Notes under the pieces: model-generated | The model's database searches: none | Told to the model about the DNA's origin: nothing | Seen by the model: only the letters and a program-made list of their open reading frames with translations | In this document: in pieces, positions 31,616 to 42,181 of the stretch | Position numbering within the stretch: the first letter of the stretch is position 1 | How the letters are laid out: each line of letters begins with the position of its first letter | Program-made: the position numbers and the translations under genes | NCBI GenBank assembly: GCA_013115145.1 | Contig: JAAPAO010000280.1 | Coordinates: 1-43,756 of the forward strand | Origin: Perkinsus chesapeaki ATCC PRA-425 | Lineage: Eukaryota; Protista; Perkinsozoa | Direction of reading: 5' to 3' | DNA length: 43,756 bases

Positions 31616-31894
31616 CTTATTTTAGTCCTTACTTTTCCTATCTAGACTCCATGGGCATCGAAATCTATTCAGGGATCAGAGAATACCACACGGACGCATG
31701 CACATGTTGCCGATTGCGCGCGCCGCTCAAAATGGTGGAATAGGCATACAATGTCCGCCGAAACGATCCTTCCATAAGGGAACACGTGAGAGCTCTTTGT
31801 GTTGATGGGACAGGGCATCCACTGCTTTCTCGGCATCAGACCTTGGTTAGCCAAAGTAGTCAAGGAACTGGATGATCCAGTCGGGATCTTTAGA

Positions 31895-31966
31895 GTCGTT
31901 ATCGTCTAGTGGTTAGGACGTCACGTTGTGGCCGTGACAACCCCGGTTCAAATCCGGGTAGCGACT
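31895..31966 (+). tRNA. trnH-GUG: tRNA-His(GUG) with T at the discriminator position
   Basis: GTCGTTA/TAGCGAC acceptor stem, TCACG-TTGTGGC-CGTGA anticodon arm, T6 run at about 31980. Confidence 0.95.
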
Positions 31967-32188
31967 ATTTCTATCTACATTTTTTAGATCGAGTATCTGA
32001 GTTTTATAACACTCTAGTCAGATGAGGCTGAACCTTTAGAACAGTGTCTAGAACCTCTACAAGGCCGCAATACAGCAGTTGCTCGCACGATAACCGAGAA
32101 GGTTGGTCACCCGGGGCCATAGTGCGTGCATCCATCACCCGAGACTTACTTGCGATGTCGTGCAAAGCTACGAGGTTAATACACACAA

Positions 32189-32253
32189 GCCCAGAACGGG
32201 AGAGCGCCAGGCTGAAGGCCTGGAGGTCCTCAGTTCGATCCTGGGTCTGGGCA
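32189..32253 (+). pseudogene. tRNA-Phe(GAA) derivative lacking the 5' half of the D arm
   Basis: Aligns to 31543-31615 with TAGCTCAGTT replaced by AC; anticodon arm CCAGG-CTGAAGG-CCTGG. Confidence 0.85.
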
Positions 32254-32325
32254 TATCATATCTTAGTGAGTTTCTACGGGCAACCTGTTTGCGTTCCTGA
32301 TTGACCACTCTGCGCTATTGTGACA

Positions 32326-32386
32326 GTCGCTATCGCCTAGCGTTTAGGACGTCACGCTGTAGTTTGGCTCGAATCCGGGTAGCTAG
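32326..32386 (+). pseudogene. Degenerate tRNA-His copy
   Basis: GTCGCTATCGCCTAGCGTTTAGGACGTCACGCTGT...GAATCCGGGTAGC aligns to 31895-31966 with substitutions and loss of the 3' anticodon strand and variable loop. Confidence 0.8.
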
Positions 32387-32733
32387 CCGCGAGTGCTATG
32401 ATACCCTCCCAACATAGTTCCAACATCCTCCCAGTCCAATTGCATTTAGCGGGGTAAACCATTTACCTGAACGCCTCAGAACTACGGTGAGGGGTACGAT
32501 TATCGTACTACGATATTAATGGCTTATGAGACCTAGGTCACAGGCCAACTTACCAGATATCCCGTAACGAAGCTTTATAAACTCAAAAGCGGCCTCATAA
32601 ATGATCTAGGATTAAAAGCATCGTACAACCCAAGGCTGCTTCAACAAAATGTCTCCTCTCTTAAGGAAGGTTGGTAAGTGCGTATGTAAGCCCGTGCTCC
32701 GCACGAAAAGATATAGCAAGAATACACATTGAA

Positions 32734-33630
32734 CTATTTCTTCTTCTGTTCTTTATCCCAGATTTCGCAGTGCTTCCTCTGACACATCGCAGTCCCCAAC
32801 GTGAATAGGTAAGTACCAAACAGCCAGCCGGCGGCACCCAGATAGGATTTGTAACCGTCAATGTCGAATGCCACATCGAGAATTCTCTGTACGATTGCTG
32901 AACGAAAGACGATAGAATGGTCGCCACAAACGCAGCGCGATAACCGACAGAACAATCCGGCAAAACAGCCTCAAGAATGGTAATGATGAATCCCAACGTA
33001 AACCGAAGCCTAAAACTCCCACAATGCGCAGGCGACCAATGCAGGTGAGAAATAACCCCCTTACTAAAATAAAGCGCATGTACGATGAGGTAGCTCGGAG
33101 TAGTCAACCTCACAATGGCTTTCAAGTCTCCTTTACGCATTCGGTACCTGGCAGAGCAATTGTAGAAATCGGTGGTGAAGAAACGGCTTACATCATGCCG
33201 TAGGCATGTCTTAACACCACCCAAACAGCACCACAACCAGCTGCGAAGTTGGGACGTCCACAGAGAGCGCACAACCACATTGTGAAAAGCATGTGGTTTG
33301 CTGATTACACAGCGCTGACAAACCCCTACGTAAGGCTGCTGCCCTTACTGTTCTCAAGTTGATTGATATGCGCCCTCATAGCGCGCTGAAGCGGCTCTGG
33401 TGCGCCCTCTGCGCCCTTGGGAAACCCCCACTTGAAGTAAAAGCCTGTGAAAGAGTGGGAAAACCTTCAAGGTTGCTGGACCTACGGCTCGCGCCGATAC
33501 ATATGAAGTCTATCATACCGCACTGAACAAGCCAAGCCACAGTGACGGCACTAGGAGCCCAGAAGTTGATAATGAACGCCGAGGAGAAGGCATCCATATT
33601 AAGGCGACCGTTTGCGGCAAGTATGGACAT
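32734..33630 (-). CDS. MAPEG family membrane protein (microsomal GST-like)
   Basis: Spliced reading IGASR|FYFKWGFPKGAEGAPEPLQRAMRAHINQLEN|TNHML...PNFAAGCGAVWVVLRHAYGM|YRM... carries the MAPEG RAxRAHxNxLEN motif and the downstream helix pattern. Last exon join inferred. Confidence 0.82.
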
Positions 33631-33899
33631 TAACGATCATCCAACGACTATGTAAGAGAGATTAACCGAGGCTCAATCTACAAGATTGGTACATGCCTTC
33701 CCCGTGAAGTTGAATATCCTTTTTTCTTATCATTTCTCATCTACTATTGAGCTTTAGTCTGAACCGCTGTAGCCTAGTACTAAACCACCCAGCTAATAGG
33801 CATATCTAAATCGATTCCCAACTGTAGTACAGTTGTAACAGTTACTGTACAGAGACAGAGGAGAGCCATCGGTACGAGACTCGAGTGTTTATCTCAACA

Positions 33900-36135
33900 A
33901 ACTCGACAGTGTAGAACAGTTTACACTTGCCAGGCTTACGTGGTTCTCCTACAATCAATGGAGGAGTAATAAGGGAGCTTCGAAGCTTGCGAACACGTCA
34001 ATCCCAGCTTGCAATCTCAGGATCCACTATCAACTGGGACTAACTCAAAAAATCGGTGTCACAGAAACAAGCTACGAAAATATAAGTCTTCTTGGGAGAT
34101 CTCGGACGGAGCGATTCTGAATCCAAACGAGTGAGCTTGGATTCTATCATCTGAATTACCTCCGGATGGGCCTCCATGTACGCAAATAATATTCCTCGAG
34201 GATCGGACACTCTGTTGTTGCTGATGTCAATCTCCTAAGAAACCTTATAACGGGTCTTTCAAATCGATCCCGAGTCCTACAACGTTCAGCATGGTGCTCT
34301 CGGACATAAGGATCGCCAGTCTTTGCATTCCCCAGTCACATATGCCGTTGTACGACAGATCAACCTGAACAAATCATTCGCGCAGGGGCATGTCAGAATC
34401 ACACCACAGGCGGAGGGCTGCAGGAAGCCCCAACTTTCAGTCATCCTGAGGGATCTTTCGGAGAATCCCGACCAACCCGTAGCACTTGACGAGCTCCATT
34501 GCTGCGCAATCGAGTTAGTGGATTGTGGTACGATCGGCCAGTTCACCCGTCAGCGAGAGACAAAAAATAGAAAATTTTCTAAAATTCTCGCTGTTTTTCC
34601 CCCACAGGAACAATCTATATTTTCTCGCTAAGTGGTCACACCTGGTGAACAAACCAGCAAGTCGATGTACTGATAGACCGACGCTCACTTTTAGCTTCTG
34701 CCTCGGCGACATAACCGATTGGATGTACTCGAGAAGATCCGCAAGGCCCCGAACAGACAATCTGTTATTTGCCAACTGAAAAGCCGAACAATCAGCGACA
34801 TCGGTAAATATTATATACCTTGATTTCCTGCTCCGGAGCAACGTCCAAGTCCAAGAGGGATTCCAAAATTTTCTGCAGCTGGGAATCTGTGAGGTCAAGG
34901 CCGCTGAGATCGACTGCTCGTATCTGAAGGAATGCGCCTCAAAGGAAAAAACGGATATGCTTTGAAGAAAGCTTGGATTCAGAACACTCGATGGGAAACG
35001 ATCAATGAAAATTCAAGTCAGACCTTCAAAATTTTCGAAAATCGAAAATCTATCGGCCTTCCTCAGCGTTTATACCTCTTATTACAATGTCGCCGTTGAG
35101 AACTATTCAATTGTGGAATATGCAATAATCTGGATACCAGAAGTTCAACTTCCCCATCAACCCATGTAGAAGAGCTCCGAAACGGGCCGCCAGCAACGCC
35201 TGCTCACTCACATTGCCGTCAGTGTTCTCCTTACATACACGCTGCATTGAGTTGCACACCTCCGAGATGGTATCCCCAATGGTAACGAAGCCATCAGGCT
35301 TTTCTAGAAACAAGCGCCCGCCTTGAATAGTCGGGGAAAGGACCCGGCAAGAGTCGTTCCACATACAAGAAGCTGATAGAAGAGCAAAAGATTCCCTATA
35401 GGTTGGCAGTAGAGCCCGTGCTCCGGGCTTTAGTCTGCCATGTTTTCTGCGCTGCCCGCTCTGGTACAACGTGATTGGGGAACGTCTCTGGTGAACAATA
35501 TGATACTACACAGCCCAAGTTGGCAGCAAAACCAAACTCCACAGAACCTCCATCTTTGCACCTACCGGGCCTAGGAAGCTTCCGTCATAGCGAACTGTCC
35601 ACATCTACTCAAATTGATCGAATATTACAACTCAGTAACCAATATGGAAAAGAAACCCGAAAGATAATCTTCATACCGCTCCTTCGTCGCATCACGCCAA
35701 AAGGAGGGTGATGTGACAATAATAAGTCAGTTAAATATTCTATTTATTTCCTCTCAGTCGAAATCGCTGGAATCGACTCTGCTGCTGATGCTGCTGCTGT
35801 TGTTGTGCGGTATGGTCACCTTCATCATCAACTAGGGAATCATGTCGGCTCATAGAGTATACCTCAGACGGGTCCGAGGGAGGGACTATCGCTGAAAAGA
35901 AAACAATATTCGATAACTACTCCGTATCGGAGCTCCAACTCGAACAAACTTGAGCTAGACAAAACTGCCCGAAGATAAACAATAAATTTAGCTCCACTTC
36001 CCAGTAAACAGATTTGAGCTTAATAAGTGTTGCATCGCTGAGCGAGCCGTGCACTGCAGAGATTTCTGGTAGGGGTAAGAGGTGGCTTATAATTTTGCAA
36101 GGACTTACCACGGCTAGAACAAAACTAAGGGTCAT
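33900..36135 (-). CDS. Multi-exon protein with RI-type leucine-rich repeats (ends approximate)
   Basis: RAVDLSGLDLTDSQLQKILESLLDL...EIK|LANNRLSVRGLADLLEYI, plus other open exons with GT-AG borders. Confidence 0.5.
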
Positions 36136-36425
36136 CTATCGGATGTTTCCAGGAGGGATGCATTTGTGTTTTATTTTAGTTTAAGAACATATTCTCTATC
36201 TTCATGTTAAAAACACTTTTTGAGGACGTATTCCTCTCAGACTAGATTAAAGTGGAAAAAATTTCGAAAATTTCCTTCCGATAAAATTTTCCGAAAGAGA
36301 AAATTTATCTCCCTGATTACAATCGCTGCTGTGGCCCGGCACTTCAACTTTAGATCCAAACCAGTCATCCCATCCATCATTCCCGCTCGGTTGGACCGTT
36401 TTTTCGTGGCCTAACTCGGAGAGAA

Positions 36426-37956
36426 TCACAAAGCCTGGGTTGGCAAATTACCTTTATCCTTTCCGAAATCACTGTCCTCGTCAACTGCAGCGAAGTCCGA
36501 TGCCACGCTGTCGTAGGAGATTTGGTGAGGCACACGAGGCTGAGGAGATGACGACTTGAAAGATTTCAGGAAATTCGTTCATTACGTTTTCTGGAGGTCG
36601 TTTCAACTTTGATACATCTGCCGGAGTGGAGCCCTATAGGAGCGATTAGCACTCCGACCTTAGCCTGTTTAGTATTACCTCCCCGCCGAGCATTTCGCGT
36701 AATAATGTGGACCATGAGTCACCACTGGAGCTCGAGCCTGCCGAAGAGGATCCGAAAATTGTCGACAGGAATCGGCAACTTACTGGGAGATTCTTCACCG
36801 GAAGGATGGATGAACGGCGCCGCACGGGGCGCTTGTGGAGTTTTGGGATCTGAAGAATTTCCGTAACGGTTTTTACTCTGATAAAAGTACATTCCGATCG
36901 AGCAGCTGCATTTCTGTCGCTTCGCATAGTTTGCGAGTCTGCCGATTCAGAAGGTGGCCCGGCCTGTTCCTCCTCTTGGGCTTGTCGGGCCAGACATTCG
37001 TCAATGCATGCCTCCAACTCGGCATTGTTGTTGAGAAGAACCTAATGACGTAATACAGTAGAAGACGGTTTGTACAACTGTGGGCAGCTGTCGATGACTA
37101 GCAAGCCTTGTTCGCACAATGCCACGTTTGATGTCATTTACTCATGATGCTCACCGTTACTTGGTAAAATTTCATATCAACATACGCCCTAAGAAAATTC
37201 CCCTCAGTTGAGCAACCCTATCCATCTCGACCGTAGTAAGCACGTTGTCACTCGTAGATTGGCAAAATGTTCGTCGCCCGCGTTGCCAATTTTTCTTGTA
37301 TATTTTCTCGAGATCCGCACAATCCGTACCAAGGGTGGAGCGAGTGCAAAGCTCCAAGCATTCTAGTGACTCTTCGACTTTCATACAGGCGCAAGTTGGG
37401 AGCGAAAAATTTGGACGCATTGAACCAACATGTAGGGAAAACACAGTAGAGAGTAACCTTAGTGGGCTCTAGAAGAAGCTTTAAACCATTAGGGATTTCG
37501 AAAAGGGTATGATTACTGTAACTAAATATGCAATACCGTACCAGCTGAAAGCCCCACTACCACAGGTTGAACTACCTCATCAATAACATCAACCCTCATT
37601 GTCGGGAACATCTCCTGTAGAGTTTTAAAAGCCTCAGCGAGCGGTGAGGCAACCACTTGTACGTATTCGTCATCCGCATTCGGTCTGAAATGCCCAGTTG
37701 AGTTTCGTAGAGAACCCTAGGCTTACTCCGCCATCGGAGAGCTGGTTGAAGCGACAGGTGGATTCTGCGGTGCTGCCGCCTGCTTCGATCTTTTTAGCCC
37801 TCTTCCGAGCAACATGGATCAGGGAAAAACTGACAGACAGTTGTCAAGGACTAGATTCCTCGCTCGGCGTCTCCGCAGCCAATTGAATAATCTCCAGAAT
37901 AGCGCTTAAGGTGTAAAAACACCCAACATTCCGAATCGACTCTCGAGCGACTCCAT
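36426..37956 (-). CDS. CUE-domain (ubiquitin-binding) protein; start uncertain
   Basis: AFKTLQEMFPTMRVDVIDE|VLLNNNAELEACIDECL joined across intron 37575-37042 gives the CUE MFP...VI..VL....E..I..L pattern; acidic C-terminus. Confidence 0.7.
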
Positions 37957-38168
37957 GACTGTACTGCTACTGTAGAGTTATTGAATTAAACATTTCAAGG
38001 GTTAAAATGTTTATTAATTTTGGAACATGAATTCCCGCACGCAAACGCACAAGGAAAATATGAACGGCAAGAATTGAACCACTTTCCAATCGTGGAAGAA
38101 ACTAATTCAAAACATTGTAGGAAGTTGATAGTTGAAACCGACTGTTCTTCCAGACAGGGTTCCTTAGC

Positions 38169-38845
38169 TTAGCATGGTACAAGAATAGGCTTTTCGACCC
38201 TGCGGTGCCATAGGTCCGCCGTAAGGCTGGAATTGCTTGAAGGCCAGTGTAGAGTTGAAATTTCCTTATGGAAGTCGCACACTTTCAATGGAGCCCCAAA
38301 GTCTATTCCGGTGATAAGTGACGCACTATTGTGACGCGAATCGTGCTGCGTTATTTTGTGCGGAGAGAGCGCCGTAACTATTTGCAAGTCCTTTGTAATC
38401 TCTTTCCTCAAACCCTTGCTATATTGTGCGGTACGGTAACAGTGGAGTCGTTGACGATAAACTGGCTTTGAAAGTCGAGAATGAACCAATCTAGATCTTC
38501 GTCGATGAGCTTTGAAACAAGTTAGTCCGAAGTTAGTTTCGAAAACTGAGTTGATAATTTCCGATGATTTCACTAGAGGTTAATACCGATGCGCTGGGGC
38601 GCGCCGTAAGCGCATGCGATTGTGTCGGCAGCAGCACGTGCGGGCTGGGGGCTGCCTCAACCATGAGGATTGTGGTGTGACTTAAAAGCGTTGGTACACA
38701 CCCAGTTGTTAGGAAGTCTCAGATACGTAAAATGATGGGAATCAGTGTCTTTTAAATAACCCTCAATATGAGTTCTTCCAATGCAGCTCCAGGCGATGAT
38801 GGCTCTCAACGAGTATGGCGAACAAACGCAGGGAACTACTATCAT
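38169..38845 (-). CDS. Possible multi-exon hypothetical gene
   Basis: Exon-like frames LIDEDLDWFILDFQSQFIVNDST and DLQIVTALSPHK...LITGIDFGAPLKVCDFHK. Not assigned. Confidence 0.3.
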
Positions 38846-39091
38846 GTTTTAGATCTAGTCATTACTGATCCTGAGGTAATAAAGGCTTCGAATTGAGTTA
38901 GAGGGATTCTGGGAATGGTTACCAGAATGTATTCGGTAAGCCCGTTCATGAACCATACAGGTTTCTCTTAAGAGTTAGGAAAAACTGATTAGTTCTATTT
39001 AATCTTTTACTTAAAAAAGGAAAACAACAAGCTCGACTATTATTGAACTCGATTATGAGTTTGAAACTCTCCAAATTGGTTTTAGGTAACT

Positions 39092-40784
39092 GTGAGAGCT
39101 CGGAAGGTCATCAGGGCTACATTCCTCATCTTTATAACTCTTTGCGCCCGAGCTGCTCTGTTGTTGGCGGATGGTACTAATATTGATTCTCTGTCTGCTT
39201 GCACAATCCTCGACAGGTCAGCCGTTAATGCAGACCCTGATTGGAATCGGTTTTGTAGCAGTTATTCCAGCATTCGGCTACTTCGGGGCTAAAAAAGCGT
39301 GAGCGTTCAGGTGCAGTTTGATAGTGAAATGATGCTTTGTAGGTCACCAACTTTGATGAGCGTATTCTGCTTGCTAATGTTAATACACGCTTCACATGCC
39401 ACCGCCCTGCTGATATATGTCTTAGTGGCGACTTTCACTGATGGATGCTTGTAAGCTGATGGAGAGAGCTGCTCGTATTGTAGTAGATCAGATCTCGGTT
39501 AATTTAATACTTGTTAGTGTGGGACCCCTTTTATCAATCCTGCATAGAGTATGATGAATACCCAGCACTCATTGGACTTAGCCTTTCAGAACGCGATTTA
39601 AATCCTATAACACGGATTTCTACCTGACTGTGTCATCTATGTAGCTGATGATCTTCGCTAATGAAGCACATTGCAGCTCTTAAGGAGCTGATTTACTGTC
39701 ATTTCATTTTCCCACCTTGTTGATCTATTCCGAGATCTATGTTCCTTTTTGGTTACAAAACAGGAATAGTTCCACCTATTTGATCTAAGTTCCGAGTGGG
39801 CTTCCGATTCATGAAAGAATTGACGATCGTTTCTTTGGGGATTTCAAACATTGTTTTTCAGAGAAGTTGATGACCCAGGTCACCCAGGAACGGTGGTATG
39901 TCAGAAAATAGTGTGGAATTGGATGTTCACAATCGCCGTTATATTACTGGCAGTTTGGGCCAGTCTTGCGTTTTATGGTTCATACCAGGGATACAGGCTC
40001 TTCGTCAAGTTAGCCAGCGGGGATCAGGTAAAAGTCGGGAGTTACCACCACGCACTCTCCAGATGGCTCATTCGAATTGGAGAAGTGCAAGGGTCTGGTG
40101 TTAAGCGAGAAGGTCAATAGTCGAACGGGAATCCACTCGCACCGGGCCATTAGTTCCTTCGGGAAAGCTGTACGAGGGAATTTGACCGTTCCTGATGGTA
40201 TGTTGTAAATTAGGTGTTTGTAGAGTCGATTTTCATAAGGTATCTTCTGCTCTCGGTCGACTGTTCAAATTCTGTTTATATATGCATGTACTTGCCTACA
40301 TTTGTCAATGAGGAAAATTAGTGGAAAGATAGGACGCCTTTTTACTGGTGTTGGGCATGAAAACTTTTGAGACTGAGCCGACAAATATTCCAGGATCCAA
40401 TCCAAATTGCTGAAGATCCCGCTATATCGGATTTTGCATTACTCTGGTCATTCAGCAATCAATGCATTTGTTAGATGCTTCACATTCATCTTGAATGTCT
40501 GAGCGGGTGCTCTTGTAGGAATTATTCTCATTGTTGTATTATTCAGGTGGCCGTCACCGAAGAGGAGATGGCGTCACCTGGTTTCGAGATGAATCAGGCA
40601 AACGGCGATGTTGCCTTTGGAAAGGTAGTAGGAATCAGTCTTGGCTTGTTTAAATAAAGTGTGTTTGGTTCAGCCGGTCACAAGCAGTACAACTCCCAAA
40701 TCCGTCGACGATATTGAAATGGGGAAGCCGCAGCAGGCTAGTCGTCGACATAGCTCAACAACGTTGGACGGTGATGACCTTTAG
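39092..40784 (+). CDS. Four-TM membrane protein with acidic low-complexity tail (start and some junctions uncertain)
   Basis: Hydrophobic spliced segments ATFLIFITLCARAALLL; LIGIGFVAVIPAFGYFGAKK; LMSVFCLLMLIHASHATALLIYVLV; WMFTIAVILLAVWASLAFYG. Confidence 0.62.
39543..39632 (+). ncRNA. Candidate intronic box C/D snoRNA
   Basis: Perfect C box ATGATGA at 39551-39557, D box CTGA at 39624-39627, terminal stem CATAG/CTGTG, internal CAGA (D'-like). Same strand as the host intron 39451-39859. Confidence 0.55.
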
Positions 40785-40926
40785 AATGACGGCATCATCG
40801 ACCAAGCTGTAAGTGTTAGCAACATTGCTTATAATGAAGTCTACAACACGTATTGAATCCACTGAGCTCGATAAGGTTCAGTAGTCAATATCATCCGATT
40901 GCAGGAGAATAATCTTTCTAATACTT

Positions 40927-41037
40927 ACTAGAGGAATCTCATTATCACCTACTAGAGCATCTTCAGACTCCTGTATCAATTAGTAGAGGAATCTTATTAT
41001 CACTTACTAGAGGATTGTATTCAATACTACTAGTGAG
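40927..41037. repeat. Degenerate repeat built on TACTAGAGGAATCTYATTATCAC
   Basis: Two near-complete copies plus partial TACTAGAG subunits. Confidence 0.65.
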
Positions 41038-42181
41038 ATTCCCCATCTCTTGATGGCAGGGGTTAAATTAGTAAGAGTTCTCTTATCGTCGCTCGACCTC
41101 ACTGAGTTAAGCTCAGTGTTGTAACCGATACATAGCTGGTCACCTCAACCCCATCTTCAGCGGACCGGACTTGTCGTTACTGTTTTGGCTTAAGGTACTG
41201 CATGTCTGCATTCGCCAGATTGCTAACCTTCTGTACTCTAATCTGTGAATCATGTGCCCGAAGAACATCCCCCTTGCAAAAGATGCATCGATTTCAACTG
41301 TGAGGATGTTGTTCATAACGGGAGATTGAATATTCCCGAGCGAAGACTTTCTCCTCCATAAATACTATTTCAAAAGAGACTCGGATGGATGTTGCGCAGT
41401 AACCATTATGAGGGGCACAACGGCTCACTGAAGCTCGATCGAACAATGAACAATGAAATAAGTGACGTCCTGTGGACTCGTAGTTGCTCAATTAGGTTTG
41501 AAAAAAGTGAGAGTGGGGCTGTAAAATGCGTGGCTAAAAAGTTACATAAACGAGAAGCCGTAGCATTTTGAGCAGGGGCTACCAGCGACTGAGTCAGTCG
41601 GAGTTACTCTTGGGCACCTTGATGAACTCTTTCAAGGAGTGCTTTCATTATCATAGGCTACGGTCACCAAGCATAACTACTACATTCATTACAGGGGTTG
41701 CGTATGTCCTTTTGGAGGGTTACGATTTTTTTTGTTTGTTCGAATGCAGATTCAGGTAGTTGTGGCTGTTCGCTTGACAACTAAGTCGTATTTGCAAACT
41801 GATGTCATAAACTGTTCTCTAGTGTCGAGTATGGTACGTTTTTCACGCCTGCTCATATGGCATGTTCTTACAAGCATTGGTACATATCAAAAGTGAGAGG
41901 CCCATCCGCCAGAGAGTTGGGATACAAGTTGAGAGTGCTGTGCCAGCTAAGAGTCCGAGAACGAATCTTGTGCGCACATATCCGACGCATCTTTGCGAGT
42001 GCGCAAAGATACTCCTTCTTGTCGCTCGCCCTCATATCTGACACGGTTGGATACCCTCAGTCCTATCCGATCTCGAACAGTCTGTTAGCGTAAGCAGAAT
42101 CGAAGCGTTCCTGCAGTATCAAGAGTGTAAGGCATGTTGCCTATCAGATTTATTTCTGACGACTGTTTTCCTCTGTCAATC

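Noticed and set aside
33395-33425. RAQRAHQ MAPEG-like motif in ORF 33376-33630
   Set aside because: That frame stops soon after. The spliced frame gives the complete RAMRAHINQLEN motif and continues, so the overlap is treated as coincidence.
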